Positions 36,557-45,510 of a DNA stretch of 64,000 bases are shown here, one piece after another (position 1 is the first letter of the stretch; each line of letters starts with the position of its first letter). The stretch comes from Chloroflexia bacterium (GTDB lineage Bacteria; Chloroflexota; Chloroflexia; Thermomicrobiales; UBA6265). Where the stretch lies: assembly GCA_043427975.1 (NCBI GenBank), contig JBHWTK010000067.1:16523-80522 (forward strand), read 5' to 3'. Below the pieces are notes generated by a model. It was not told the origin of the DNA and made no database searches. It worked only from the letters and a program-made list of their open reading frames with translations. The position numbers and the translations under genes are program-made.

Positions 36557-37203
36557 CACCGTACTCGCCTATCCCACGCATTGTCCCCGGCACTGCGCAC
36601 CGCCAGCTCATCCATCGCATCCTCCGGTCCGACGTTCCGCCCGAAACACAGCGCATCGACCTGGTGACCACATCGTTCAAGCGTGTGAGCATCATCGACA
36701 GCGGAGAACCCCCTGCCGAGCGCACTGCCGAGGGCGATACAGCCATCCACGTGCTATGGCAGCATCAGGAGCACGGTGCCACGATCGAGATCGGCACCGA
36801 TCGTTATGCCATAGCGCCAGGTGATACCTCCATGATCCCCGCCGGAGACAGCTGGCGAATGCCTCCGCACACGCTGTTTATCGAGGTGGCGGTACGGAGG
36901 TCATCGCTCGCGCTGCCGATTCCTCCAACACATGGCGATTACCACTTCACAGGTCACAATCGTGAATCGCGCTACCCCGCCATGGGAACCGTGCAGCTCT
37001 CGCGCTGGAAGCTGAGCGAGAACCTTGCGATGCCAGCTCCGGACGCGGAACGCGTGCTTATCGGCCTCTACAACGACATCGCCCTCCTGCATCCCGGAGG
37101 CATTACGATGCTGCGAAAAGGCGAAACCAGTGTGACCCGCCCCGCAACCGGAGGGATCACACTGGTGCCGAATGGACTCTCGTACATGCTGGTTATCGAC
37201 TAA
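36553..37203 (+). CDS. Hypothetical protein, cupin-like
   Basis: Beta-rich segments (YAIAPGDTSMIPAGDSWRM; ITMLRKGETSV) resemble a cupin barrel. Weak call. Confidence 0.45.
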   Translation: MTPYSPIPRIVPGTAHRQLIHRILRSDVPPETQRIDLVTTSFKRVSIIDSGEPPAERTAEGDTAIHVLWQHQEHGATIEIGTDRYAIAPGDTSMIPAGDSWRMPPHTLFIEVAVRRSSLALPIPPTHGDYHFTGHNRESRYPAMGTVQLSRWKLSENLAMPAPDAERVLIGLYNDIALLHPGGITMLRKGETSVTRPATGGITLVPNGLSYMLVID

Positions 37204-38036
37204 CCACTGCGCTTGAGCAGTCCGGTTTTCTTGGCGTAGATCTCGCCACGCTGGAACAGGTACAGTCCCAGTGGCGGAAAAATGACGCCCATGATCAGCA
37301 GCGGCCACACGTTGTGCCACTGGCTCGCGAAGCTGGCACCTTCCAGCAATGCGGCCCGGATGCCGTTCAACGCGTAGTACACCGGGCTCACGTTGGCCAG
37401 CGGCTGCATCCAGCCGGGAAGCACATCCACGCTGTAGTAGATACCGCTCACCAGCAGCAGCACCGCCGTGAAGATGTACGTCACCTGTTGGCCCTTCTCC
37501 GGGCTCAGCAACGGCATCACTGCGGCGACCATCCCGAATCCCACCAGGGAGACAGAACAGATGGCCAGGATCATGATGGCCGCGCCGTAGTTCGCCTTCG
37601 ACAGCGAGAGGTCGAAGAAGAGCGAGATCGCCCCCAGCATGATGATGATACGCAGGATGCCGTACAGCACCGCGTACACACCCATACCGATCAGCTGGGT
37701 CGCACGGCTGGCCGGCGCCATAAAGGTGTACTCGATAGTTCCCTCCCAGCGCTCCCAGCTCACGGTTTCCGAGAGCAGGTCGAAGATCATGCTCAGGTAG
37801 CTCCAGATGAGCGTACCGATAAGCAGGAAGGTCGTCGCCTGCGCGGCCGCCTCGCCGCCGAAATTCACTCCAATGAAGCCAATGGTGAGGGCGTTCATGG
37901 TGCTGTATACCAGCCACACCACTTCCCAGAGGAAGTAGCGCTTGCTAAGAAAGTAGTTTCGCTGGGCGTATCCCCAGATCGCGATCAGTTCGCGTTGCCA
38001 CCCCGGTTTGTTCAGGTGGCCGTGGGTTATTTCCAT
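37200..38036 (-). CDS. ABC-2 type transporter permease
   Basis: 278-aa ORF with 6 TM segments. N-terminal WGYAQRNYFLSKRYFLWEVVW is typical of ABC-2 permeases. Abuts the ATPase gene. Confidence 0.8.
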   Translation of the reverse strand: MEITHGHLNKPGWQRELIAIWGYAQRNYFLSKRYFLWEVVWLVYSTMNALTIGFIGVNFGGEAAAQATTFLLIGTLIWSYLSMIFDLLSETVSWERWEGTIEYTFMAPASRATQLIGMGVYAVLYGILRIIIMLGAISLFFDLSLSKANYGAAIMILAICSVSLVGFGMVAAVMPLLSPEKGQQVTYIFTAVLLLVSGIYYSVDVLPGWMQPLANVSPVYYALNGIRAALLEGASFASQWHNVWPLLIMGVIFPPLGLYLFQRGEIYAKKTGLLKRSG

Positions 38037-38933
38037 CTATCCAACTCCTGCCCCAACCTCTACCGGCGAGGCCTGCTCTTCTTCCTGCTCCACCTTGCCG
38101 TTCTCCGATCCCTTCAGTTCCTCCGGGTCGAACTCCGCTTCATCCAGGCTGGTGCCGGTTGCCGCCATAAAGACCTCTTCCAGCGAATCTGATCCGTACT
38201 GCGCCTTCAGTTCGTCGGCGGTGCCCAAAGCGATCAGTTCACCATTCAGCAGGATGCCGATGCGGTCGCACAGCTCCTCTGCCTCGCCCATATCGTGCGT
38301 GCAGAGCAGGATCGACGAATCGTGCCCCTTGCGGATGTGCTGAACTAGCTTCTGCACATCCTTCTTGCTCCGCGGATCCAGACCCGTGGTCGGCTCGTCG
38401 AGCAGCATCAGCATCGGGCTGGTGAGCAGTGCGCGCGCCAGCGCAATCTTCTGCTGCATACCGCGGCTGAGGTGCTCCATCGGCTCGCCAATGCGCTTCA
38501 CATCGAACCCGATACTCTCCAGGATGTTGCGGATCTGCGGACGGCTCTCGCTATCGGTGACGCCGTACATCTTGGCGCCAAACAGCAGGTTCTCCAGCGA
38601 ACTCAGCTTCTTGAAGAAGCTCGCCTCCACGCTCACGCGGTTGATAAACCGCTGCACCGTGCGCGGATGTTTCACCGCGTCGATATCAAACACCTTCACC
38701 TCGCCGGCATCCGGCAGTGTGAGCGTGCTGATGACACGCACCAGGGTGCTCTTGCCCGAACCGTTCGGCCCCAGGATGCCGACAACCTCGCCGCGGTGAA
38801 TCGTCAGCGAAACACCCTTCAGCGCGTACGCGTATTCACCGCGCTTCTTCTTGAACTTCTTTTCCACATTTGTCATCACCAGGGCTTCGACGCCTGGCTG
38901 TAACTTGTTGATCACCTTTGATCCTTCCTCCAT
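38037..38933 (-). CDS. ABC transporter ATP-binding protein (ABC-2/DrrA-like subfamily)
   Basis: Walker A GPNGSGKST, signature LSRGMQQK, Walker B MLLDEPTTGLD, H-loop CTHD. Confidence 0.88.
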   Translation of the reverse strand: MEEGSKVINKLQPGVEALVMTNVEKKFKKKRGEYAYALKGVSLTIHRGEVVGILGPNGSGKSTLVRVISTLTLPDAGEVKVFDIDAVKHPRTVQRFINRVSVEASFFKKLSSLENLLFGAKMYGVTDSESRPQIRNILESIGFDVKRIGEPMEHLSRGMQQKIALARALLTSPMLMLLDEPTTGLDPRSKKDVQKLVQHIRKGHDSSILLCTHDMGEAEELCDRIGILLNGELIALGTADELKAQYGSDSLEEVFMAATGTSLDEAEFDPEELKGSENGKVEQEEEQASPVEVGAGVG

Positions 38934-38991
38934 ACCGCGCTACTTCCTGGAACGGGCATTCGCGCTTCCCACCTGTGGCGTCCCCTAAAGG

Positions 38992-39023
38992 CACAAAAAA
39001 ACCCTAACGAATGCTCGCCAGGG
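38992..39023 (-). terminator. Intrinsic terminator inside the ABC-2 exporter leader (candidate attenuator)
   Basis: Minus RNA reads CCCUGGCGA-GCAU-UCGUUAGGG (9 bp, 2 G.U) followed by UUUUUUUGUG, about 58 nt upstream of the ATPase ATG. Confidence 0.7.
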
Positions 39024-39055
39024 GTCAGTGTGCTCGTTCGGTTGTGCGCTCGGAC

Positions 39056-39145
39056 CTAGATCGCAACCTCCACCGAATGGACACACTGCTCCCGTGCTGT
39101 GCTGCCGATAGGCAGTTGACGGCATCGGGTGAATCCGTGTGTCAT
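39056..39145 (-). CDS. Candidate leader peptide uORF (29 codons)
   Basis: GAGGU lies 9 nt upstream of the ATG. Sequence is MTHGFTRCRQLPIGSTAREQCVHSVEVAI. It contains the shared motif GGGAGCAGUGUG in frame as (R)EQC(V). Confidence 0.35.
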   Translation of the reverse strand: MTHGFTRCRQLPIGSTAREQCVHSVEVAI

Positions 39146-39200
39146 CAGGTTCCGACCTCGTACGTGTACGCAAGTGGTGCGCCGGTTGCGAACCTCTCGC

Positions 39201-39229
39201 AGAATACGGAATACGAATTGAAAAGTCAA
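39201..39229 (-). promoter_or_regulatory. Candidate promoter of the ABC-2 exporter leader
   Basis: Minus strand reads TTGACT-N17-TATTCT, starting right at the DUF1801 stop codon. Confidence 0.5.
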
Positions 39230-39658
39230 CTAGTCCGGATGCTCCTTCTTGATGGCGATATAGGAATCCCGGATTAGCCAACGGAGCACGGACTCGTCCA
39301 CCTCCGCCAGCTTCCTGATGTAGAGGCAAGCGTTGCCGGTTTTGAATGGGCCCAGTTGCATAAGCTGTTCCTGGTAGCGGTCCTCGTAGCCACCGATAAG
39401 GTAGACCACCAGCTGCGCCTTACGCGGACTGAATGCGGCTGCTGGCGCATCGCCTTCCCGGCCGGATTCGTATTTGTAATGGTATGTGCCGAAGCCGACG
39501 ATGCTCGGGCCATACATGTACGGCTCCTCGCCGGTTTCCTCGCGCATGATATCGACCAGCCGATAGGCATCGGCGCGGCGGACATCGTTCTCCACAGCGG
39601 CGATAAACGCCATTGGGTCGACCTCGGTTGGCTGGGTTTTGTTCACCGGTTTGGCCAT
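39230..39658 (-). CDS. DUF1801 (YdhG-like) domain protein
   Basis: 142-aa ORF. The pattern VDPMAFIAAVEND.RRADAYRLVDIMREETGEEPYMYGPSIVGFGTYHYKYESGREGD fits the family. Confidence 0.7.
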   Translation of the reverse strand: MAKPVNKTQPTEVDPMAFIAAVENDVRRADAYRLVDIMREETGEEPYMYGPSIVGFGTYHYKYESGREGDAPAAAFSPRKAQLVVYLIGGYEDRYQEQLMQLGPFKTGNACLYIRKLAEVDESVLRWLIRDSYIAIKKEHPD

Positions 39659-39690
39659 GTCTGCACGATCCTGCTACCGGTCGGTAGCCG

Positions 39691-40266
39691 CTAGAGTGTC
39701 CGGGCGACGGATTTGGCGATGGTGGCGAGCGTTTCCTTCACGCCGATGCCGCGAATCGCCATTGCCTGCACCACCGGCCAGGCGTGGGCGTTGAGCGGAT
39801 CGCTCACCTCTGCAACTGGCAGGGCGTTCGGCAGGTCGGTTTTGTTCACCTGGATAATCAACGGCATAGTGACGGGATCCTTGCCGTAATGGGCCAGGTG
39901 GCCGTGCAGCTCATCCTTACTGGCCTCATTTGCCTCACGCTGGGCGGGATCAGCATCGGCCACGAACACAATGCCATCGGCACCGCCCAGGATCGCGCGG
40001 CGTGTGCGCACGTAATCGGCCTGCCCGGGGACGGTGTACAGGTGGAAGCGGATATTCCAGCCTCCCACCTCGATATCCTGCATGGGAATGAAATCAAAAA
40101 AGAGCGTGCGCTCGTCGACGGTGTCGATCGATCGCATGGGGCCGCGCGCTTCCCCTGGCAGGCGTGCATGCACGTTGACCAGGTTGGTGGTTTTGCCACT
40201 CTGCGCTGGACCGTAGTACACGATCTTGGTATCAATGCGGTGGTTGCGAACGTCGATAGCCGCCAT
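39691..40266 (-). CDS. MglA-like Ras-superfamily small GTPase
   Basis: 191-aa ORF: KIVYYGPAQSGKTTNL (P-loop), RTLFFDF, LYTVPGQ (G3), VNKTD (G4). Collinear with Myxococcus MglA as I remember it. Confidence 0.8.
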   Translation of the reverse strand: MAAIDVRNHRIDTKIVYYGPAQSGKTTNLVNVHARLPGEARGPMRSIDTVDERTLFFDFIPMQDIEVGGWNIRFHLYTVPGQADYVRTRRAILGGADGIVFVADADPAQREANEASKDELHGHLAHYGKDPVTMPLIIQVNKTDLPNALPVAEVSDPLNAHAWPVVQAMAIRGIGVKETLATIAKSVARTL

Positions 40267-41327
40267 TACTCGCTGACTAATCCTTGCACGGCGGCCTCAT
40301 CGGGGTTGGATCGCGGGATGATTCGGCCGATCTGGACAGCACCGTCAACCTCGGCCAGGACCGTTGCCGCATCCTCGGGACGGACGACCAGCACGAAACC
40401 GATGCCCATATTGAGGGCGCGGTAGCGTTCTTCCTGGCTAAGTACAGCCTGCTCGACCAGGTAATCGAAAATCGGCAACGACGGGAACGTGCCGGGATCG
40501 AGTACGGCGATGCAGTTTTCAGGCAGAGTCCGCGGCAAGTTGTCGATCAGGCCGCCGCCGGTGATGTGGGCCATGCCGCGCACCAACCCGCGCTCCAGCA
40601 GTGGCATCACCTCCGGAAGGTAGCTACGGTGTCCGCGAATCAGCGCATCGCCAAGCGTCTCATTGGAGCCGGGCAATTGCTGAGAGAGAATGGTCGCGTC
40701 CTGGGCGTGCTCACCGGTAAGGCCGACCACCTTTCGTGCCAGTGAATAGCCGTTGGTGTGCAGGCCATCGCTGGGGATGCCGATAACGATATCGCCGTCC
40801 CGGATGCCCGAACCATCGACAATGCGATCCTCAGTCACTGAACCGACGATGAACCCCGCGAGGTCGTACTCACCATCACTGTACATGTCGGGCATTTCCG
40901 CGGTTTCGCCGCCGAGGAGGGCCATGTTGTTGTGCTTGCAGGCATCGGCGATTCCGCCCACCACCTGCTCCACAATGTCGCCATCAAGCCGGCCCGTGGC
41001 AAAGTAATCGAGGAAGAAGAGCGGTGTGGCCCCAAGCGCGAGGATATCGTTGACGCAGTGGTTGACGATATCGCGGCCCATGCCCGCATGTGCCTCGCCG
41101 CCAAGCACAAAGGCAAGGCGGAGCTTGGTACCCACGCCATCGGCGCTGGCCACCAGGATCTGGTTGGCTGGCCCCTCCATGCGCCAGGTGCCGCCAAAGT
41201 GGCCGATGGGCCCCGCACTGCTGCCCAGCGTGCCCGCAACCCGGGACTTGAGGCGGTCGATGGCCTGCATTTTGGCATCGATATCGACACCGGCGTCCTT
41301 GTAGGTAATAGGCGTGCGGGCGTTCAT
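40266..41327 (-). CDS. purM: Phosphoribosylformylglycinamidine cyclo-ligase (AIR synthetase)
   Basis: 353-aa ORF with YKDAGVDID, ADGVGTKL and the GGETAEMP region. Confidence 0.93.
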   Translation of the reverse strand: MNARTPITYKDAGVDIDAKMQAIDRLKSRVAGTLGSSAGPIGHFGGTWRMEGPANQILVASADGVGTKLRLAFVLGGEAHAGMGRDIVNHCVNDILALGATPLFFLDYFATGRLDGDIVEQVVGGIADACKHNNMALLGGETAEMPDMYSDGEYDLAGFIVGSVTEDRIVDGSGIRDGDIVIGIPSDGLHTNGYSLARKVVGLTGEHAQDATILSQQLPGSNETLGDALIRGHRSYLPEVMPLLERGLVRGMAHITGGGLIDNLPRTLPENCIAVLDPGTFPSLPIFDYLVEQAVLSQEERYRALNMGIGFVLVVRPEDAATVLAEVDGAVQIGRIIPRSNPDEAAVQGLVSE

Positions 41328-41346
41328 ATGGGTCCTTGTACTGCGC

Positions 41347-41375
41347 CTGCGGGGACCCGTTTGGGTTCCCCGCAG
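41347..41375 (-). other. Stable GC-rich hairpin between hflX and purM
   Basis: CUGCGGGGA(A)CCC-AAAC-GGGUCCCCGCAG with no U-tract. Function unknown. Confidence 0.4.
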
Positions 41376-41407
41376 CTCGGCCGCAAAGGTGCGGAATCGC
41401 TACCAGT

Positions 41408-42682
41408 CTACTGAATTTCGGCTGTCTCGTCCGCGTGCAGGTAGGGCTCGAACCGGCTAATCTCGCGGTTCGGCAGCGAACCGGTTAGCACCGTGCCATC
41501 CTCTGTGAAATCACGCTCGAGCACGTGGCCCTGGGTATGGAACCGCTCCACAAGGTCGGACCGGTCGTAGGGGATCGTGGCCTTCACCGGGCGGAATCCC
41601 TCTTCCCGTTCTAGCATCACCTCGATGCGGGTGAGCAGTTCCTCGATGTTCTGGCCCTTCGCCGCCGAGATCGCGACAGATTCGCCATCGATCCCGAGTT
41701 CGGCCTTGGCCGAATCCAGCTGCTCCAGTTGCTCTTGCGAGAGCGCATCGATCTTGTTGAGCGCGTACAGCACCGGCCGGTCATCGACGCCGAGGTCCTC
41801 GAGCGTTGATTGCACCGTGGCCGTTTGTTCCGGCGCGTTGGGATGGGTCACATCCACCACATGCACCAGCAGTGTCGCCTCCTCGATCTCTTCGAGCGTG
41901 GCGCGGAAGGCGGCGATGAGTTGGGTTGGAAGGTTGTTGATGAAACCTACCGTATCGGTGAGGAGCACTTCCCGGCCGCCCGGCAACGTGACCCGGCGGG
42001 TAGTGGGATCGAGCGTGGCGAAGAGCTTGTCTTCCGCCAACACATCGGACCCCGTCACCTGGTTCAGCAGGGTGCTCTTGCCAGCGTTGGTATAGCCAAC
42101 GAGGGACACAACAGCGATCGGGGCTTTCTTCCGCTGCTGTCGATAGCGTTCACGATGCGCATGCACATCAACGAGCTGCTCTTTCAGGAACGCAATCCGC
42201 TGGTTCGCCAACCGGCGGTCTGTTTCCAGCTGGGTTTCACCGGGTCCACGGACACCCACTCCACCAACGGACTGGCGGCTGAGGTGGCTCCACATGCGGG
42301 TGAGCCGTGGCAGGCGGTATTGCAACTGGGCAAGCTCGACCTGCAACCGACCCTCCCGCGTTTGAGCCCGGCGGGCGAACACATCCAGGATGAGCGCGGT
42401 ACGGTCGATGATCTTGAGTTCCAGCGCCTGTTCCAGGTTGCGTTGCTGGGCGGGCGTGAGCTCGCCATCGACCATCACCAGGTTGTAATCCAGCTCGTCG
42501 CGGAGTTCCTTGATTTCTTCCAGCTTGCCCTTGCCCACAAACGTGCCGGGATGCGGGTGGCCGAGCTTCTGGGTCACAGAACCCACCACCTCGACATCAA
42601 CGGTCTCGGCAAGGCTGGCGAGCTCTTCCAGTGAATCGGTAGCGCTCCAGGTTTGTGACGGGGTCTCCACAGCTACCAGCAA
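41408..42682 (-). CDS. hflX: GTPase HflX
   Basis: HflX N-domain (ERALLVAVE...), GYTNAGKSTLLN, DTVGF and NKID. A TTG start is called; the true start may differ by a few codons. Confidence 0.9.
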   Translation of the reverse strand: MLVAVETPSQTWSATDSLEELASLAETVDVEVVGSVTQKLGHPHPGTFVGKGKLEEIKELRDELDYNLVMVDGELTPAQQRNLEQALELKIIDRTALILDVFARRAQTREGRLQVELAQLQYRLPRLTRMWSHLSRQSVGGVGVRGPGETQLETDRRLANQRIAFLKEQLVDVHAHRERYRQQRKKAPIAVVSLVGYTNAGKSTLLNQVTGSDVLAEDKLFATLDPTTRRVTLPGGREVLLTDTVGFINNLPTQLIAAFRATLEEIEEATLLVHVVDVTHPNAPEQTATVQSTLEDLGVDDRPVLYALNKIDALSQEQLEQLDSAKAELGIDGESVAISAAKGQNIEELLTRIEVMLEREEGFRPVKATIPYDRSDLVERFHTQGHVLERDFTEDGTVLTGSLPNREISRFEPYLHADETAEIQ

Positions 42683-42847
42683 CGCCCGCTCGCGGTCGGT
42701 TGCGGTTGAATGGGAATGAAGTTCAATATCGAATTGTATGGTCGTTTCCTTTCGGCGGTGCGCCGATTGGCATCACATGTCGTACGCATGATGGTGCACC
42801 TATCGGCTGCACCAGGTGGTTACGCTGTTATCCGGGCCCGGTGCGGT

Positions 42848-44659
42848 TTATGCTGCCCAGTCGATCCAGTGTGTGTAGATCATGTCCATCCTCCTGTCAT
42901 GCGCAGATACAGCAAGCATATCACGCCGGGTTAATGCTTCCGGAATCACCAGTCCCTCGCGCAGGATGTCACCCTTAGGCGCTTCCTGTTCCCACAGGTC
43001 CACCGGGGCGATGTGTGTCATCACGAGGTTGGCCGTGCCCTGGATGAGGGCAAAACAATCGATACGGATGACGTATTCCTGGTCGGCGCGTTCATCGGCC
43101 AGGGGCTCCACGCGGTACACCACCCACGCAGAAGTCGCGGTGTTTCCGCCCTCGGTATTCCCACTGGCATCCTCCCAGAGACGTATATCGGCATGCTCCT
43201 CGAACACCTGCAGCGTATGCAGTTCATCCAGCACGCACTGCACCGGATCGCCGTGATGATTGATCACGCTCTCAAACTCGAACAGGCTTGAACCGTTCTG
43301 TAGGCCGATGCGGTCGTAGCCCGCTTCAGCAAACTGTTCAGTAACGGTCCACTCCGGGCCAAGCTCCGGCAGCATCCAGCCGAACTCGGTACTGCCCAGT
43401 TGCGAACCACCTGTTACCGGCGTGGCCTGGGGCGGGATGGTAACCGGCGGCAAGACCGATGCCAGGTCGAACGGCGGGCACACATGCGCGGCCTCGATAC
43501 ATCCCAGCTGATGGTCCATAAGCGCGCTGGTGATATCTACGCCCGGTACCGATGCCCCGACCGAGCGATACCCGATCACGACAACTGTGTTGCCAGTCGC
43601 GCGGATTTCGACGTTACCGGAGTACCGGGCGCCTTCCCATGTGCCGGTCACGCGGTAAAGGCCAACAACGCCTTGTTCCGTCCACGATTCTTCTGCGTCC
43701 GGCACGAAATACGGATCTTCCAGCGATGGGTATGGCGAACCGCTCATCAGTGTATCGAAATACGTGCTGGCGGACGCCTCGGAATCGAAACTGCCAAGCC
43801 AGACCGAAACCAGCGCATGGCCGCCGCCCGTGCGGGTAATACTGTTGGAGAGGTACAGGGATTGCACCCCGGCAGGGATTTCGGCAGTCTCGGCACCGAG
43901 TTCGCCGATGGCCGGCTGCACCTGGCCATCGCGCAGGCGGTAGACCCCGTGCACGCCGGTTTGCTGCGTATGCGCGAATGGCGCAGTGAACTCATCGGGG
44001 CGAAGCGTCAGGGCAAGGGAGGAAACGCCCGGGCCACCGATCTCACGAGCTACCTGCAGGCGATCGAGGGTTCCTTGCACGATCAGCCCGTGTTCGGTTT
44101 CGTCGGGCGTGCCGGTGACGTCCAGCGAAACGATCTCAATCACCACCCGGCCATCGCTCACCACCGTGCGCAGCATATCGCCGCCCTCGCCAATGATGGC
44201 AACCGTTGTTGCGCCTTCCACCGCCGGGTCGCGATCCTCCAGGTAATCCGTCGCTGAATAATCGCGAAGCAGGTCGACCAACTGGCCGGCGTTGGCCTCA
44301 TCGTGAAGGACATAGACGCTGGTTTGCTGCACGGCAAGTACCGGCGAGTCGCGCCAGGCACGGTCCTCGGGCAGGACCAGGTCCAGCACGTAGGCCCGGG
44401 CCACACTGATGGCGTCCAGGTCGCTCCCTACTTGCCCGGCATCGAGGTTCCGCGGTTCGGCGACGAGCCTCACCATATCGGACGGAGTAAGGTAGGCGCC
44501 GGCCAGCACCTGGTAACCATCCTCCGGCAGGGATTGCACGGGGAGCGGCACATCGGCGAGGTCGATACGTTCATCGACCTGTGCAGCCTGCACCGGGTCC
44601 ATGGCGAACCCGCCCGCAACGATGCACAACGCAAGCAGTAAGTGAATGACGCGGCGCAT
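42848..44659 (-). CDS. Secreted hypothetical protein (~603 aa)
   Basis: Start moved to ATG 44659 (GGGAGA SD; signal MRRVIHLLLALCIVAGGFAMDPVQA). I recognise no domain. Confidence 0.6.
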   Translation of the reverse strand: MRRVIHLLLALCIVAGGFAMDPVQAAQVDERIDLADVPLPVQSLPEDGYQVLAGAYLTPSDMVRLVAEPRNLDAGQVGSDLDAISVARAYVLDLVLPEDRAWRDSPVLAVQQTSVYVLHDEANAGQLVDLLRDYSATDYLEDRDPAVEGATTVAIIGEGGDMLRTVVSDGRVVIEIVSLDVTGTPDETEHGLIVQGTLDRLQVAREIGGPGVSSLALTLRPDEFTAPFAHTQQTGVHGVYRLRDGQVQPAIGELGAETAEIPAGVQSLYLSNSITRTGGGHALVSVWLGSFDSEASASTYFDTLMSGSPYPSLEDPYFVPDAEESWTEQGVVGLYRVTGTWEGARYSGNVEIRATGNTVVVIGYRSVGASVPGVDITSALMDHQLGCIEAAHVCPPFDLASVLPPVTIPPQATPVTGGSQLGSTEFGWMLPELGPEWTVTEQFAEAGYDRIGLQNGSSLFEFESVINHHGDPVQCVLDELHTLQVFEEHADIRLWEDASGNTEGGNTATSAWVVYRVEPLADERADQEYVIRIDCFALIQGTANLVMTHIAPVDLWEQEAPKGDILREGLVIPEALTRRDMLAVSAHDRRMDMIYTHWIDWAA

Positions 44660-44721
44660 ATGCGTTCTCCCGGGTACCGGTTTCAAAGCTTCATTACGTT
44701 GAAGTGTAACGGAAGCGGAAA

Positions 44722-45510
44722 TCACCCCCGTTGGGGCGAACGGCGCAGAAGAACAACAAAAAGCCCAAGTGCGATCATGGCAAAACTGAGCCAATACGCA
44801 GCAGGCAACGGCCCGATATAGAGGCTATCCGTCCGGATGCGCTCCAGGATGAGTCGTATCACGCCATACGCGAGGAAGTAGATGCCGAACGCCATGCCGG
44901 GCCGGAACCAGCTGATCTTCTCCTGGTGCAGCACCAGCAACACCAGTGCGGTGCACAGCAGCAGGCTGAGCAACGATTCGTACAGGAACGTGGGATGGAA
45001 GGTAGTGAACTGCTCATATCCTTCCGGTCGGCGGGACGGTTCGATGGTTACCGCCCACGGCAGGGTGGTTGGTGTGCCAAATGCCTCCTGGTTGGCCCAA
45101 TTTCCCCACCGTCCAATCGCCTGCCCCAGCGCCAGGGCAGGCACGATGCAATCGAACCACTGCCAAATGGAGCCTTCCTGCCTGCGTAACAGTAACCATG
45201 CGGCGAGGCTGCCACCAAGAATCGCGCCGTGGATAGTCAGCCCGCCCCCGCGCACGTTAATGGCACCCCAGAGATCATCCCTGAACCGGTCCCACTCGAG
45301 GAGTACGTAATACAGTCTGGCACCAGCGATAGCGGCCAGCACGATCACCGGCGCAGCGTCCAGCAGCGCCTCCCCATTCAGCCCTCGCTGGTTGGCAATC
45401 CAGACCGCCAGCGATACGCCCAGCACAATGCCCAGCACGATAAAGAGCGCATACCAGCGCACTTCAAACGGGCCCAGCGCCAAGGCGACGGGGTCATGCA
45501 GGGTGGGCAT
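44722..45510 (-). CDS. lgt: Prolipoprotein diacylglyceryl transferase
   Basis: Start moved to ATG 45510 (MPTLHDPVALALGPFEVRWYAL). Motifs GRWGNWANQEAFG and HPTFLYESL. Confidence 0.9.
   Translation of the reverse strand: MPTLHDPVALALGPFEVRWYALFIVLGIVLGVSLAVWIANQRGLNGEALLDAAPVIVLAAIAGARLYYVLLEWDRFRDDLWGAINVRGGGLTIHGAILGGSLAAWLLLRRQEGSIWQWFDCIVPALALGQAIGRWGNWANQEAFGTPTTLPWAVTIEPSRRPEGYEQFTTFHPTFLYESLLSLLLCTALVLLVLHQEKISWFRPGMAFGIYFLAYGVIRLILERIRTDSLYIGPLPAAYWLSFAMIALGLFVVLLRRSPQRG

Noticed and set aside
39044-39060. CUAGGUCCGAG in the ABC-2 leader, resembling the GGUCCGAGAG core of the ykkC/guanidine-I riboswitch
   Set aside because: The other conserved ykkC blocks (CUAGGGUUCCG, ACGG...GGGA.AAAAGCCCGGGAGA) are absent or out of order, so this is probably coincidence.
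38985-39329. 114-aa minus-strand ORF spanning the DUF1801 3' end and the ABC-2 leader
   Set aside because: It overlaps the DUF1801 coding region out of frame, and runs through the promoter and the intrinsic terminator. The composition looks non-coding. Its distal part (from ATG 39124) remains only an alternative uORF frame.
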